Source of the DNA: an uncultured Acidobacteriota bacterium
Lineage (GTDB): Bacteria; Acidobacteriota; Vicinamibacteria; Fen-336
Length of the DNA stretch: 64,000 nucleotides
Assembly: GCA_964628275.1 (NCBI GenBank)
Contig: CAZVOI010000304.1
Location: 2,892 to 66,891, forward strand
Direction of reading: 5' to 3'
Shown here: one piece after another, positions 8,167 through 16,679 of the stretch
How the letters are laid out: every line of letters starts with the position of its first letter
Numbering within the stretch: the stretch's first letter is position 1
Notes under the pieces: model-generated
Databases searched by the model: none
Told to the model about the DNA's origin: nothing
Seen by the model: the letters and a program-made list of their open reading frames with translations, nothing else
Translations under genes and position numbers: made by a program

Positions 8167-10692
8167 ATGGCCCTCCTCGACCGATTCCGGCCGGCCAAAG
8201 ACCCGCTGCAGAGCGACGATCCCGGCGTCCGCGCCGAGGCGGTCCGAATGCTGCCGGCGAGCGAGAGCCAGCGCCTGGCGTCGCTGTTTCGGAGCGATCC
8301 GGACGTGGTCGTGCGACGCGCCGCGCTCAAGAGGATCGACGAAATCGCGGTGCTCGCCGAAGCGCTGCGCGATTCCGAGGCCTCGGTGCAGGAAGAAGCG
8401 CGCGAGATGCTGCTGCGCTTTGCCATCGAGGAGCTCGACTCCGCCCGCGCGGCGCAGGCTGGCGCGCTTCTCACCGAGCCGCGACACCTCGTCGCGATGG
8501 CCCGAACGGCACGCGTCGCCGAAGTTCGCGAAACAGCGCTCGCGCGCCTCACGGACGAACGATCGGTCGCCGTCGTGGCGAAGACCGCCGAGGACGCCAA
8601 GCTGCGGCTGGCGGCGCTCCGGCGGCTCGACGCAACGGCCCGCGTCGACGTGGCGCTCAAGAGCGACCACAAGGACGTGGCGCTCGCGGCGCTCGAGGGT
8701 CTCGAAGACGAAAGGGCGCTCCGTGAGATTGCGGCGCACGCCCGCGCCAAGCCCGCGGCGCGGCGAGCCCAGGCGATCCTCGAGGCGCTTTCTGCGAAGC
8801 CGCAGGCGCCCGCGCCCACGGAGACGCCTCCCGATCCGGACGAGACTCCTGAAGCGCGCGCCCGACGCGAGGCTCGAGACCACGCGCTCGAGACTAGGCG
8901 CGTCATCCTGGAGCGCGTGGAAGCTCTCTCCGGTGAGGACGTGGAGGCCGGCCTGGTCGACGCGGAAGCCGCCTGGGAACGGCTCGCCGTTTTCGAAGAC
9001 CCGGCAGTCGCGGCGCTCGGAGATCGCTTCCGGGGGCTAGTGGCGACACTGCGCGACGCCCAGGCGCAGGCCGCGAAGGAGAGCCAGGAGAAGCTCCGCG
9101 CCGGTGCCGCGGACGCGGCCCGGACGGAGATCGAACGTGAGAAAGCGGAGCGCCAGAAGGCCGAGAAGGAGTTGCGGGCGCGGCTCGGCGAAACCGTCGT
9201 ACGCGCGCGGTCGCTGGCCAAATCCGAAACGCTGGCTCTGAAAGAGGCTGACCGGGCGATGCGCGAGATCCGCGCGGCGCTCGACGACGCTCCCAAGCTT
9301 CCGGCGAAGAAGGAGGCCGAGGCTCTGGTCGAGAAGCTCAAAGGCGCTCGCGCCGCGCTGTATCCGCGATTGCAGGAGCTTCGCGACGCCGACGACTGGA
9401 AGCGCTGGGCGAACACGCAGGTGCAGGAAGACCTGGTCGCCAAGATGGAGGCGCTCGCCGAGACCGGCGTGCTGGCGGCGGCCGAAAGCGAGCTTCACGC
9501 GCTCAGCGAACGCTGGCGCCAGTTCAGTCAGGCGCGCAAGGAAGAGGCGGAAGCGCTCTGGACGCGCTTCAAGACCGCGCGCGAGAAGCTCCAGTCGCGG
9601 CTCGACGAGGTCGAGAAGCAAAGGAAGCAAGAGGAAGCCGAGAACCAGAGGAAGAAGCTCGCCCTGATCGAGAGGGCCGAGACACTCGCGGTCTCCCGGG
9701 AGTGGGTGAAGACCGCCGAAGCGGTCCAGGCGCTGCAGGCCGAGTGGAAGGCGATCGGCCCGACGCCGCGGCGCGAGCAGAAAGCCCACTGGGATCGCTT
9801 CCACGCGGCGTGCGACCGCTTCTTCACGGCGCGCAAGGAAGACCTCGGCAAGCGCCGAGACGAGTGGGCGAAGAACCTCGAAAGGAAAGAGGCGCTGATC
9901 GCCCAGGCAGAGGCCTTGAAGGACGCGTCGGATTGGGACAAGACCGCCGAGGCGATCCGCGCGCTGCAGGCCGCGTGGAAATCGGCCGGGGCGGTTCGCA
10001 AGAACAAGGCGGATGCGATCTGGGCGCGGTTCAAGACGGCCTGCGACGCCTTCTTCGAGCGCTACAAGCTCCGCGACTCGATCGAGGCCGAAGCGCACCA
10101 GGCCGCGCGCGAAACCCTGGTGGCCGAGCTCCAGGCGTTCGCAGCGGCGGAGGCGGAGGTGGCGCCGGAGGGATTGGCTGGGCGCATCCAGGACGTCGTC
10201 TCGCGCTGGCGCCAGGCCTCTGGGTCGCCGGCCGCTGACGCCGACGCGCGCTTCTTCGCGGCGCGCGACGCGTTGATCGCGAGATGGCCCGCGGCCTTTG
10301 CGGGCACCGAGCTCGACCCTGAAGCCAACCTCAAGAAGCGCGAGAAGCTGGTAGCCAAGGCCGAGAGCGCCGCGAGAGCCCAGGCCGGCACGGCGTCGAG
10401 CGCTATGTCGCTGGCCGAGCAGTTGCGCGAGGCGCTCGCCACGAACGCCATGGGCGGGCGGGCGGTGGCGGAGGCCCGTTGGCGCGAGGCGATGACGGCC
10501 ATCGAAGAGGCCCAGGCCGCCTGGGCCAAAGCCGGCTCGGTCCCCGGCGAGGCTGGAGAGGCGCTGGCGCTGAGATTCAAGACCGCGTGCCTGGCGGTCG
10601 AATCGAAGCGACCGCCGGCCGCGCCGCGGGAAACCGCTGGGCCGCGGCCGCATCGCCGCGAGCCGCATCGCCGCGAGCCGCGTCGGCCGTAA
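8167..10692 (+). CDS. Large HEAT-like / coiled-coil / DUF349-repeat protein
   Basis: 841 aa. The N-terminus has HEAT-like VRxAALxRL repeats and the centre is a highly charged helical region. There are 5-6 repeats of the DUF349 pattern, for example AEWKAIGPTPRREQKAHWDRFHAACDRFF, AAWKSAGAVRKNKADAIWARFKTACDAFF and AEALWTRFKTAREKL. Confidence 0.8.
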   Translation: MALLDRFRPAKDPLQSDDPGVRAEAVRMLPASESQRLASLFRSDPDVVVRRAALKRIDEIAVLAEALRDSEASVQEEAREMLLRFAIEELDSARAAQAGALLTEPRHLVAMARTARVAEVRETALARLTDERSVAVVAKTAEDAKLRLAALRRLDATARVDVALKSDHKDVALAALEGLEDERALREIAAHARAKPAARRAQAILEALSAKPQAPAPTETPPDPDETPEARARREARDHALETRRVILERVEALSGEDVEAGLVDAEAAWERLAVFEDPAVAALGDRFRGLVATLRDAQAQAAKESQEKLRAGAADAARTEIEREKAERQKAEKELRARLGETVVRARSLAKSETLALKEADRAMREIRAALDDAPKLPAKKEAEALVEKLKGARAALYPRLQELRDADDWKRWANTQVQEDLVAKMEALAETGVLAAAESELHALSERWRQFSQARKEEAEALWTRFKTAREKLQSRLDEVEKQRKQEEAENQRKKLALIERAETLAVSREWVKTAEAVQALQAEWKAIGPTPRREQKAHWDRFHAACDRFFTARKEDLGKRRDEWAKNLERKEALIAQAEALKDASDWDKTAEAIRALQAAWKSAGAVRKNKADAIWARFKTACDAFFERYKLRDSIEAEAHQAARETLVAELQAFAAAEAEVAPEGLAGRIQDVVSRWRQASGSPAADADARFFAARDALIARWPAAFAGTELDPEANLKKREKLVAKAESAARAQAGTASSAMSLAEQLREALATNAMGGRAVAEARWREAMTAIEEAQAAWAKAGSVPGEAGEALALRFKTACLAVESKRPPAAPRETAGPRPHRREPHRREPRRP
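10647..10691 (+). repeat. 15-bp tandem repeat (2 perfect copies plus a 12/15 third copy) encoding PHRRE-PHRRE-PRRP at the extreme C-terminus of the DUF349 protein
   Basis: gccgcatcgccgcga at 10647-10661 and again at 10662-10676, then gccgcgtcggccgta. Confidence 0.7.
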
Positions 10693-10773
10693 GCCACGTG
10701 ATTCTCAGGCAATAGACGGAACTTCGGGCCGCGCTCTGCCGTTAACTGGAGTGAAGCCACTGGAGGTTCCCGT

Positions 10774-11619
10774 ATGCGCGCCGCTGCTGCCGCTCTGATC
10801 GTCTGCCTCGGCGCACCCGGCCCCGCTCGGGCACAGGATCACCGGGAGAACCATGACTACTGGTCGTCCATTTTCGCGGACTTCTTCATGGGGCCGCAGA
10901 GAAAGGACGAGTTCCGGTGGCACGGCCGCATAGCACCGGGCGCCACTCTCGAGATCAAAGGCGTCAATGGCCGGATCAGCGCGCGGCCCTCGACCGGCAA
11001 GGAGATCGAGCTCGTCGCGTTCAAGCGCGGGCGACGCAACGACCCCAAGCAAGTCGAGATCGCCTTCGTCGAGAAGGATGGCGGCCTGACGGTGTGCGCG
11101 GTCTACCCCTCCCGGGACGGCTCCAAGCCGAACGAGTGCCAGCCGGGCAAAGCCGGCCGCAGCAGTGTCCGCAACAACGACGTGGTGGTGGATTTCGAGG
11201 TCAGCGTCCCCGCCGGGCTTTCGTTCGTCGCCCGCTCCGTCAATGGCCGGATCGACGCCCAGGGCCTCGGCGGTGATGTCGCAGCGTACACGGTCAACGG
11301 CAGCGTGCACGTGACCTCCGACGGTCACGTCGAAGCGGAGACCGTGAATGGCTCGATCGAGGCCGCGATGGGCAAGGCGGACTGGAAGGAAGCAGCGACG
11401 TTCAAGACCGTGAACGGCAGCGTCAGTCTCGCGCTGCCCGGCGGCGCCAACACGCTGCTGCGCGTCGAGACCGTCAACGGCTCGATCGCCAACGATTTCC
11501 CCCTGAGCGGGCCCGCCAAGAAGACGCGCCGCGAGCTCAGCGGCGTCATCGGCCAGGGCGGCCGCGAGTTGCAGGTTCGCACCGTGAACGGCAGCGTCGA
11601 GATCAAGAAAGCCAGCTGA
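10774..11619 (+). CDS. Secreted DUF4097-like beta-strand repeat protein (putative adhesin fold)
   Basis: 281 aa. Signal peptide MRAAAAALIVCLGAPGPARAQD. Periodic VNG(R/S)(I/V) repeats: GVNGRISA, SVNGRIDA, TVNGSVHV, TVNGSIEA, TVNGSVSL, TVNGSIAN, TVNGSVEI. Confidence 0.7.
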   Translation: MRAAAAALIVCLGAPGPARAQDHRENHDYWSSIFADFFMGPQRKDEFRWHGRIAPGATLEIKGVNGRISARPSTGKEIELVAFKRGRRNDPKQVEIAFVEKDGGLTVCAVYPSRDGSKPNECQPGKAGRSSVRNNDVVVDFEVSVPAGLSFVARSVNGRIDAQGLGGDVAAYTVNGSVHVTSDGHVEAETVNGSIEAAMGKADWKEAATFKTVNGSVSLALPGGANTLLRVETVNGSIANDFPLSGPAKKTRRELSGVIGQGGRELQVRTVNGSVEIKKAS

Positions 11620-11711
11620 GAAGCGCTGGCGGCCGCGTGGCTGGAGCGCGTCTCCCCGTGTATAGTGTCGCGCTTTCGCGCGTTCGCGATCGCATCACAC
11701 GAAGGAGCCGC

Positions 11712-12416
11712 ATGAAGAGAGCCGTTGCCGCAGCCCTGTTTCTGCTCCCGCTCGTCTCCGCCTGCCAGAAAGACGCCGCCAAACCTGCCGCTTCCCCGCA
11801 GGCAGGCGCGCTCGGCACCGAAGACGAGAAGACCGCCTACGCGGCGGGCTTGATGCTCGGCCGCAACCTGGCGCCGCTCAACCTGTCGCCGGCCGAGCTG
11901 GAAGCGACCAAGCGGGGTCTCGCGGACGCGGCGGCAGGCAAGCCCCCGCAAGTCGACTTGCAGACGTATGGCCCGAAGATCCAGGCGCTGCTCCAGGCGC
12001 GCGCCGCGGGCCGCGCCGGGGCCGAGAAGGAGAAGGGCAAGCCGTTCCTGGAGAGCGCCGCGAAGGAGCAGGGCGCGCAGAGAACGCCGACCGGCCTCAT
12101 CATCAAGACGACGCAGCCGGGCAAGGGCGAGAGCCCGAAGGCCACCGACACGGTGCGGGTCCACTACCGCGGCACGCTGATCGACGGCACCGAGTTCGAC
12201 AGCTCGATCAAGCGCGGCCAGCCCGCCGAGTTCCAGTTGAGCGGCGTCGTGCCGTGCTGGACCGAGGGCGTCCAGAAGATGCAGGTCGGCGAGAAGGCGC
12301 GGCTCGTGTGTCCTTCGGAGATCGCCTACGGCGACCAGGGCAGCCCGCCGACGATCCCGGGCGGCGCGACGCTGGTGTTCGAGATCGAGCTGCTCGACAT
12401 CGTCAAGAAGAAGTAG
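11712..12416 (+). CDS. FKBP-type peptidyl-prolyl cis-trans isomerase, lipoprotein
   Basis: The ATG at 11712 is preceded by GAAGGAG. Lipobox LPLVSAC. FKBP core VRVHYRGTLIDGTEFDSS ... GGATLVFEIELLDI. The track ORF start at 11637 has no SD. Confidence 0.85.
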   Translation: MKRAVAAALFLLPLVSACQKDAAKPAASPQAGALGTEDEKTAYAAGLMLGRNLAPLNLSPAELEATKRGLADAAAGKPPQVDLQTYGPKIQALLQARAAGRAGAEKEKGKPFLESAAKEQGAQRTPTGLIIKTTQPGKGESPKATDTVRVHYRGTLIDGTEFDSSIKRGQPAEFQLSGVVPCWTEGVQKMQVGEKARLVCPSEIAYGDQGSPPTIPGGATLVFEIELLDIVKKK

Positions 12417-12422
12417 CGAGCG

Positions 12423-12785
12423 CTAGGCGAGCGCCGCTTCGACCGGCGTGACGGCCGCTTGATCCTGTTCGCCGGTACGGATGCGATAGACCGTCTCGAC
12501 CGGCAGCACGAAGATCTTGCCGTCGCCGACATCGCCGGTGGCGGCGGCGGCCAGAATCGCCTTCACGGTTGGCTCGACGAAGTGGTCGGAAACGCCGATC
12601 TCGATCCGGACCTTCTCCGACAGCTCCATTTTCACCGTCGTACCGCGATAGTTCTCGACCCGCTCGGTCTCACCGCCGTGGCCTTCCACGCGGTTGATCG
12701 TCAGGCCGCGCACCTCGGCGCGGAACAGCGCCTCGAGCACGTCGTTGAGCTTCTCGGGACGGATCACGGCGACCACGAGCTTCAT
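12423..12785 (-). CDS. glnK: P-II nitrogen regulatory protein
   Basis: 120 aa, MKLVVAVIRPEKLNDVLEAL... The T-loop has a Tyr (ERVENYRGTT). ATGA overlap with the upstream ammonium transporter gene. Confidence 0.9.
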   Translation of the reverse strand: MKLVVAVIRPEKLNDVLEALFRAEVRGLTINRVEGHGGETERVENYRGTTVKMELSEKVRIEIGVSDHFVEPTVKAILAAAATGDVGDGKIFVLPVETVYRIRTGEQDQAAVTPVEAALA

Positions 12786-14086
12786 GACCGGCCTCCCTCA
12801 GGCTGCAGTCCGCCCACGAGAGCGGTCGTCGGCGTCGGCTTGCTGGTTTCGGGGAGGATCAAGAGCGCGCCTTCGCCCCGTGCGTAGCCTTCCTCGCCGT
12901 GCTGGCTCACGTCGAGACCCGAACCTTCCTCGCGCGCCGAGACGCGGAGCGGCACGAAGAGTGCTATCAGTTTCAGCAGCACGAACGAGACGGCGCCACT
13001 GAACAGGATCGCAGCCAGTACCGCCACCAGCTGAATCCCGAACTGGCGCGGGTTGCCGAACAGGAGGCCGTCCGCCGGGCTGCCCCAGGTCTTCTCCGCC
13101 AAGACGCCCGTCAGTAGAGCGCCCACTGTTCCGCCCAGGCCATGCGCGGCCACCACGTCCAGCGAGTCGTCGAGCCGCGTCCGCGCGCGCCACAGGATGC
13201 CGTAGTAACTCGGGAATGCGGCGATGCCCCCGATCAGCAGGCCGGAGATCGGGCTCACGAGCCCGGCAGCCGGCGTGATCGCGACCAGGCCCACCACCAT
13301 CGCGGTGGCGGCCCCAACCGCCGTCACCCGGCCGGTCCGCATCAGATCCAGGAGTGTCCAGACGAGCAGCGTGGCCATCGGCGCCAGGAACGTGTTGCTG
13401 AAGGCGAGCGCCGCGGTCGCGTTCGCGGCGTAGGCGCTGCCGCCGTTGAAGCCGAACCAACCGAACCACAACAGGCCCGCTCCCAGGAGCGTGAACGGGA
13501 CGTTGTGCGGCAGGATGGCCTGCCGAGCATAGTCCTTGCGCGGTCCCATGATCGCGGCGGCCACCAGAGCCGCGGCAGCGGCGTTGATGTGGACGACGGT
13601 GCCGCCGGCAAAATCGAGCGCGCCCAGCGTCGCGAGCCAGCCCCCGCCCCAGACCCAATGCGCCACCGGCGCATACACGAGAAGGCTCCAGAGGGTGATG
13701 AATGCCGCGTACGCCGAAAAGCGCATGCGCTCCACGATCGCGCCGGAGATCAGCGCAGCCGTGACGATGGCGAAGGTGCCTTGATAGGCCATGAACAGGA
13801 TGTGCGGGATCTTGCCGCCGCTGGCTTCGAGGCCGACGCCCCGGAGGCCGGCCCGCGCGAAGCTACCGAGAAGCGGCGAGCCCTCCGCGAACGCCAGCGA
13901 GTAGCCGACGAGCGCCCAGGCCACGCCGACGAAAGCGAAAGAAACGACGCTCATCATCATCGTGTTGAGCGCGTTCTTGCCGCGCACGAGCCCGCCGTAG
14001 AAGAACGCCAACGCCGGCGTCATCAGCAGGACCAGCGCGGTCGAGATCAGCATCCATGCGGTGTCCGCTCCGTCGATCGGTGTCAT
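12782..14086 (-). CDS. amtB: Ammonium transporter (Amt family)
   Basis: Motifs LDFAGGTVVHINAAAAAL and AAHGLGGTVGALLTG, with about 11 TM helices. I prefer the ATG at 14086 (MTPIDGADTAWMLIS), which is preceded by GAGGAGG, over the track start at 14116. Confidence 0.9.
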   Translation of the reverse strand: MTPIDGADTAWMLISTALVLLMTPALAFFYGGLVRGKNALNTMMMSVVSFAFVGVAWALVGYSLAFAEGSPLLGSFARAGLRGVGLEASGGKIPHILFMAYQGTFAIVTAALISGAIVERMRFSAYAAFITLWSLLVYAPVAHWVWGGGWLATLGALDFAGGTVVHINAAAAALVAAAIMGPRKDYARQAILPHNVPFTLLGAGLLWFGWFGFNGGSAYAANATAALAFSNTFLAPMATLLVWTLLDLMRTGRVTAVGAATAMVVGLVAITPAAGLVSPISGLLIGGIAAFPSYYGILWRARTRLDDSLDVVAAHGLGGTVGALLTGVLAEKTWGSPADGLLFGNPRQFGIQLVAVLAAILFSGAVSFVLLKLIALFVPLRVSAREEGSGLDVSQHGEEGYARGEGALLILPETSKPTPTTALVGGLQPEGGRS

Positions 14087-14337
14087 CAACGACCTCCTCA
14101 GGTGGTTGCCGCACACGTTCGCGTGCGATCTGCATTTCGAGTAGCAAGAAGCGTGCGCGCCATGGAGGCGACGTTCGCTTTCCTCTCAACTCTCGGGCTC
14201 TCAGGGATTTGTCGCCTCGGCCGTCTCGGGTGATGCGGCAGGGCGTTCCGACGGTTTTGAAGGCTTCAGGATCTCCTGCAACAAACGCGTTCCTGTAGCA
14301 GGACGCGCGCTACTGTATGGATCGATGCGGCGTTCGC

Positions 14338-15489
14338 TCAGGCACGGCGGGGGCGGCCGAGCGCGAGCATCTCCTCGTCCGGATCGTCGTGGATCTTGAG
14401 GCCGACCTCGTACAACGAGTCGGAATCCGTCGGCGGCGAGACGCGTACGACCTCGGCGCGCGCCGGACGCGACCCCGTAGCCGACGGGATCACCAGGTTC
14501 AGGTTGCAACCGACCGGGACGGGGTGCTTCAGCGCCACCAGCAATCCGGTCTCGGAGGCGTTCTTGGCGCGCGCGGCGACCTTGGGCACGTGCTCGCCGT
14601 CGAGCGTGACACTCGTGCTGACCAGGACACGCCGATGCTGGCGACGTTCGCCCGAGGCGAGCGTAATCCGGTTCTTGCCGTTTGCCTTGGAGCGATACAG
14701 GCCCTTATCGGCGGTCTGGATCAGCTCTTCGTGCGTGGCGGCGTCCTCGGGAAAAGTCGCGACGCCGCCCGAGACGGTCACCAGCAGCCCCTTTCGGCTG
14801 CGCCGGAACTTCTCCTCGATGTTGCGCCGGATGCGGTCCGCCACCACGAAGGCCCCGGTGCTCGGCGTGTCGGGCAGGATCACGGCGAACTCCTCGCCCC
14901 CGTAACGCGCCGCGATGTCTATTTCGCGCAGCGTCTCCTTGACGAGCCCCGCGGCTTTTATGAGAACGCGATCTCCCTCGAGATGGCCGCGGGTGTCGTT
15001 GATCTTCTTGAAATTGTCGAGGTCGAACAGGATCAGCGAGAACCGATAGGCGTTCCGCCGGCTCCGCTGCACCTCGCGGCGCAGCGCGTTCAAGAAGTAG
15101 GCATGGTTGAAGAGGCCGGTCAGGCCGTCGCTCACCGCCGAACGCTCGGTGCGTTCGTAGATCGCGATCTCGATCACCTTGGGGTTCTTGAGCGCCTGGT
15201 TGACGTTGACGAAATAGTCGAGCAACGCGACGCGCAGGCCGACGTCGCGACCCAGCTCGGTCTTGAGCCAGGTCCGGTGCGAGAGGACCCTCCGCCAATG
15301 CTTGCGCGCCTCGGACTCGCCGAACGAGAGATGCGTCAGGATCGCGAGCACCTGCGAGTAGACGGGCTCGCCCCGGTCGCGCATCGCTTCGAACTGAGTG
15401 AGGAACGCCTCCTCGTGCGGCGGATGCGCCTCCAGCAGTTGGAGAAGTGACTGCCGAAACGTAACTGAATCGATCGGCTTCTTCTTCAC
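14338..15489 (-). CDS. Diguanylate cyclase (GGDEF) with a C-terminal PilZ domain
   Basis: 383 aa. Active site RYGGEEFAVILPDT. I-site REID lies 5 residues upstream. The C-terminal PilZ motifs are RRQHRR (RxxxR) and NASETG (NxSxxG). GTG start. Confidence 0.85.
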   Translation of the reverse strand: MKKKPIDSVTFRQSLLQLLEAHPPHEEAFLTQFEAMRDRGEPVYSQVLAILTHLSFGESEARKHWRRVLSHRTWLKTELGRDVGLRVALLDYFVNVNQALKNPKVIEIAIYERTERSAVSDGLTGLFNHAYFLNALRREVQRSRRNAYRFSLILFDLDNFKKINDTRGHLEGDRVLIKAAGLVKETLREIDIAARYGGEEFAVILPDTPSTGAFVVADRIRRNIEEKFRRSRKGLLVTVSGGVATFPEDAATHEELIQTADKGLYRSKANGKNRITLASGERRQHRRVLVSTSVTLDGEHVPKVAARAKNASETGLLVALKHPVPVGCNLNLVIPSATGSRPARAEVVRVSPPTDSDSLYEVGLKIHDDPDEEMLALGRPRRA

Positions 15490-15621
15490 ATCTTCGCCTT
15501 TCGTCGCTCCGGGGGAGGGCCGAAAGAATAGGCCGAAGGGGCGACGCCTGTCCAGCCCAGGGCCGGCACCTAACGAGCACTCGGTCGGCAGTTCGCATAA
15601 GCTCTTCTCCGGAGGTGCTCG

Positions 15622-15969
15622 ATGGCCCAGATCTTCGGCAGCATCCTGGCCAATGCCGTGGCGCTCCTGGCCACGACCATCGTGCCCGGCATTCGTTTCA
15701 CCGGGAGCTGGCTGACGCTGATCGCGGCCGGCGCGGTCTTCGGTCTCTTCAACCTGATCGTGCGGCCGCTGGTGGTGTTCTTGTCGCTGCCGGCGATCAT
15801 CCTGACGCTGGGGCTCTTCTATTTCGTGATGAACGGGCTCCTGCTCTGGCTCGCCGGGCGCTACTTCATCCCTGGCTACGTCGTGCAGGATATCTGGTCG
15901 GGCATGCTCGGGAGCCTCGTGATCGCGATCGTCAACTGGGCGTTGGGCACGCTGTTCGGTAGCAAGTAG
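15622..15969 (+). CDS. YvlD-type small membrane protein (phage holin 4_2 family fold)
   Basis: 115 aa, 4 TM helices. Family-typical stretch is GLFNLIVRPLVVFLSLPAIILTLGLFYFVMNGLLLWLAG. SD GGAGGTG upstream. Confidence 0.7.
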   Translation: MAQIFGSILANAVALLATTIVPGIRFTGSWLTLIAAGAVFGLFNLIVRPLVVFLSLPAIILTLGLFYFVMNGLLLWLAGRYFIPGYVVQDIWSGMLGSLVIAIVNWALGTLFGSK

Positions 15970-15987
15970 TCGGCGACTCGGTCCGAG

Positions 15988-16650
15988 CTACGCCCGCGCC
16001 GCAGCGAAGAACGCCTCGAGCTTCGTCGGATCGAGGACGCCGTTCGTGCGCACGCCGCTGCAAACGTCCACGCCAAAGGGTGACACGGTATCGATGGCTT
16101 CGCGCAGGTTTGCCGGCGTGAGGCCGCCCGCCAAATAGACCGGCACCGGGACGCTCTCCCGGATCGCGCGGGAGAGCGACCAGTCGTGGCGCCGACCGGT
16201 GCCGCCCAGTTCCTTCACAGCGAGCGCCGGGTTCCCAGAGTCGAGCAGGATTGCGTCGACGCCCGCGGAGGCGGCGCACGCCTCATCGAGTGACGCGGCG
16301 CCAGTGACGTGGACGACCTGAACGATCTTGACGTTCGGCAGCGCCGCGCGAATGTTTGCGTAGCCACCGCTCGCCAGTCGATCGCAGATCTGGACCGTGT
16401 CGACCGCAGCGGCGCGGACCTGCGCCGCGATTGCCTGCGCATCGCCCCGGCTCGTCAACAGGAACGCGGCGACGCCGGGAGGAACCAGCCTGGCGAGAGC
16501 CCGGATCTCCGCGTCCGAGATGACACCCGGGCCACTCGGCATCGTCGACACCAAGCCGAGCGCGGAGGCGCCGGCGCGCACCGCCAGGGCCGCCTCCTCG
16601 GGATTTCGAATGCAGCACACCTTCACACGCGCGCGCTCGCTGGGACCCAT
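15988..16650 (-). CDS. trpF: Phosphoribosylanthranilate isomerase. Stand-alone: no other trp genes are in the window.
   Basis: 220 aa. Motifs VKVCCIRNPEEA (KxCG-like with catalytic Cys), ILLDSG, GGTGRRHDWSL, YLAGGLTPANL, GVDVCSGVR. Confidence 0.8.
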   Translation of the reverse strand: MGPSERARVKVCCIRNPEEAALAVRAGASALGLVSTMPSGPGVISDAEIRALARLVPPGVAAFLLTSRGDAQAIAAQVRAAAVDTVQICDRLASGGYANIRAALPNVKIVQVVHVTGAASLDEACAASAGVDAILLDSGNPALAVKELGGTGRRHDWSLSRAIRESVPVPVYLAGGLTPANLREAIDTVSPFGVDVCSGVRTNGVLDPTKLEAFFAAARA

Positions 16651-16679
16651 CTCGGACGAATGCTAACGTTTGCGCCGAT

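Noticed and set aside
11638-11666. Possible sigma-70-type promoter TGGCTG-N17-TATAGT upstream of the FKBP gene. A second TATAGT lies at 8148-8153.
   Set aside because: The -10 hexamers stand out in GC-rich DNA, but the -35 matches are poor and I cannot verify the promoter consensus for this lineage. I kept this as a note only.
12414-12425. Palindrome TAGCGAGCGCTA between the FKBP gene and glnK.
   Set aside because: It is formed by the two convergent stop codons. The loop would be only 2 nt, so it is not a credible hairpin.
14143-14158. Sigma-54-like element upstream of amtB. The minus strand reads GCGCAC-GCTTC-TTGCT, against the consensus TGGCAC-N5-TTGCW.
   Set aside because: The spacing is right and the -12 element is good. 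However, the nearly invariant -24 GG is CG here, so I do not call it. It would deserve a look only if a TSS maps about 12 nt downstream.
14295-14320. Short dyad GTAGC-N9-GCTAC just downstream of the diguanylate cyclase stop and upstream of amtB.
   Set aside because: It has only 5 bp of stem with a 9-nt loop, no U-tract, and no match to an NtrC-type TGCACC-N5-GGTGCA site.
15565-15579. GGCACC-N5-GAGCA upstream of the YvlD-like gene as a sigma-54 candidate.
   Set aside because: The -12 region lacks the TT of TTGC. This makes it weaker than the 22221 candidate.
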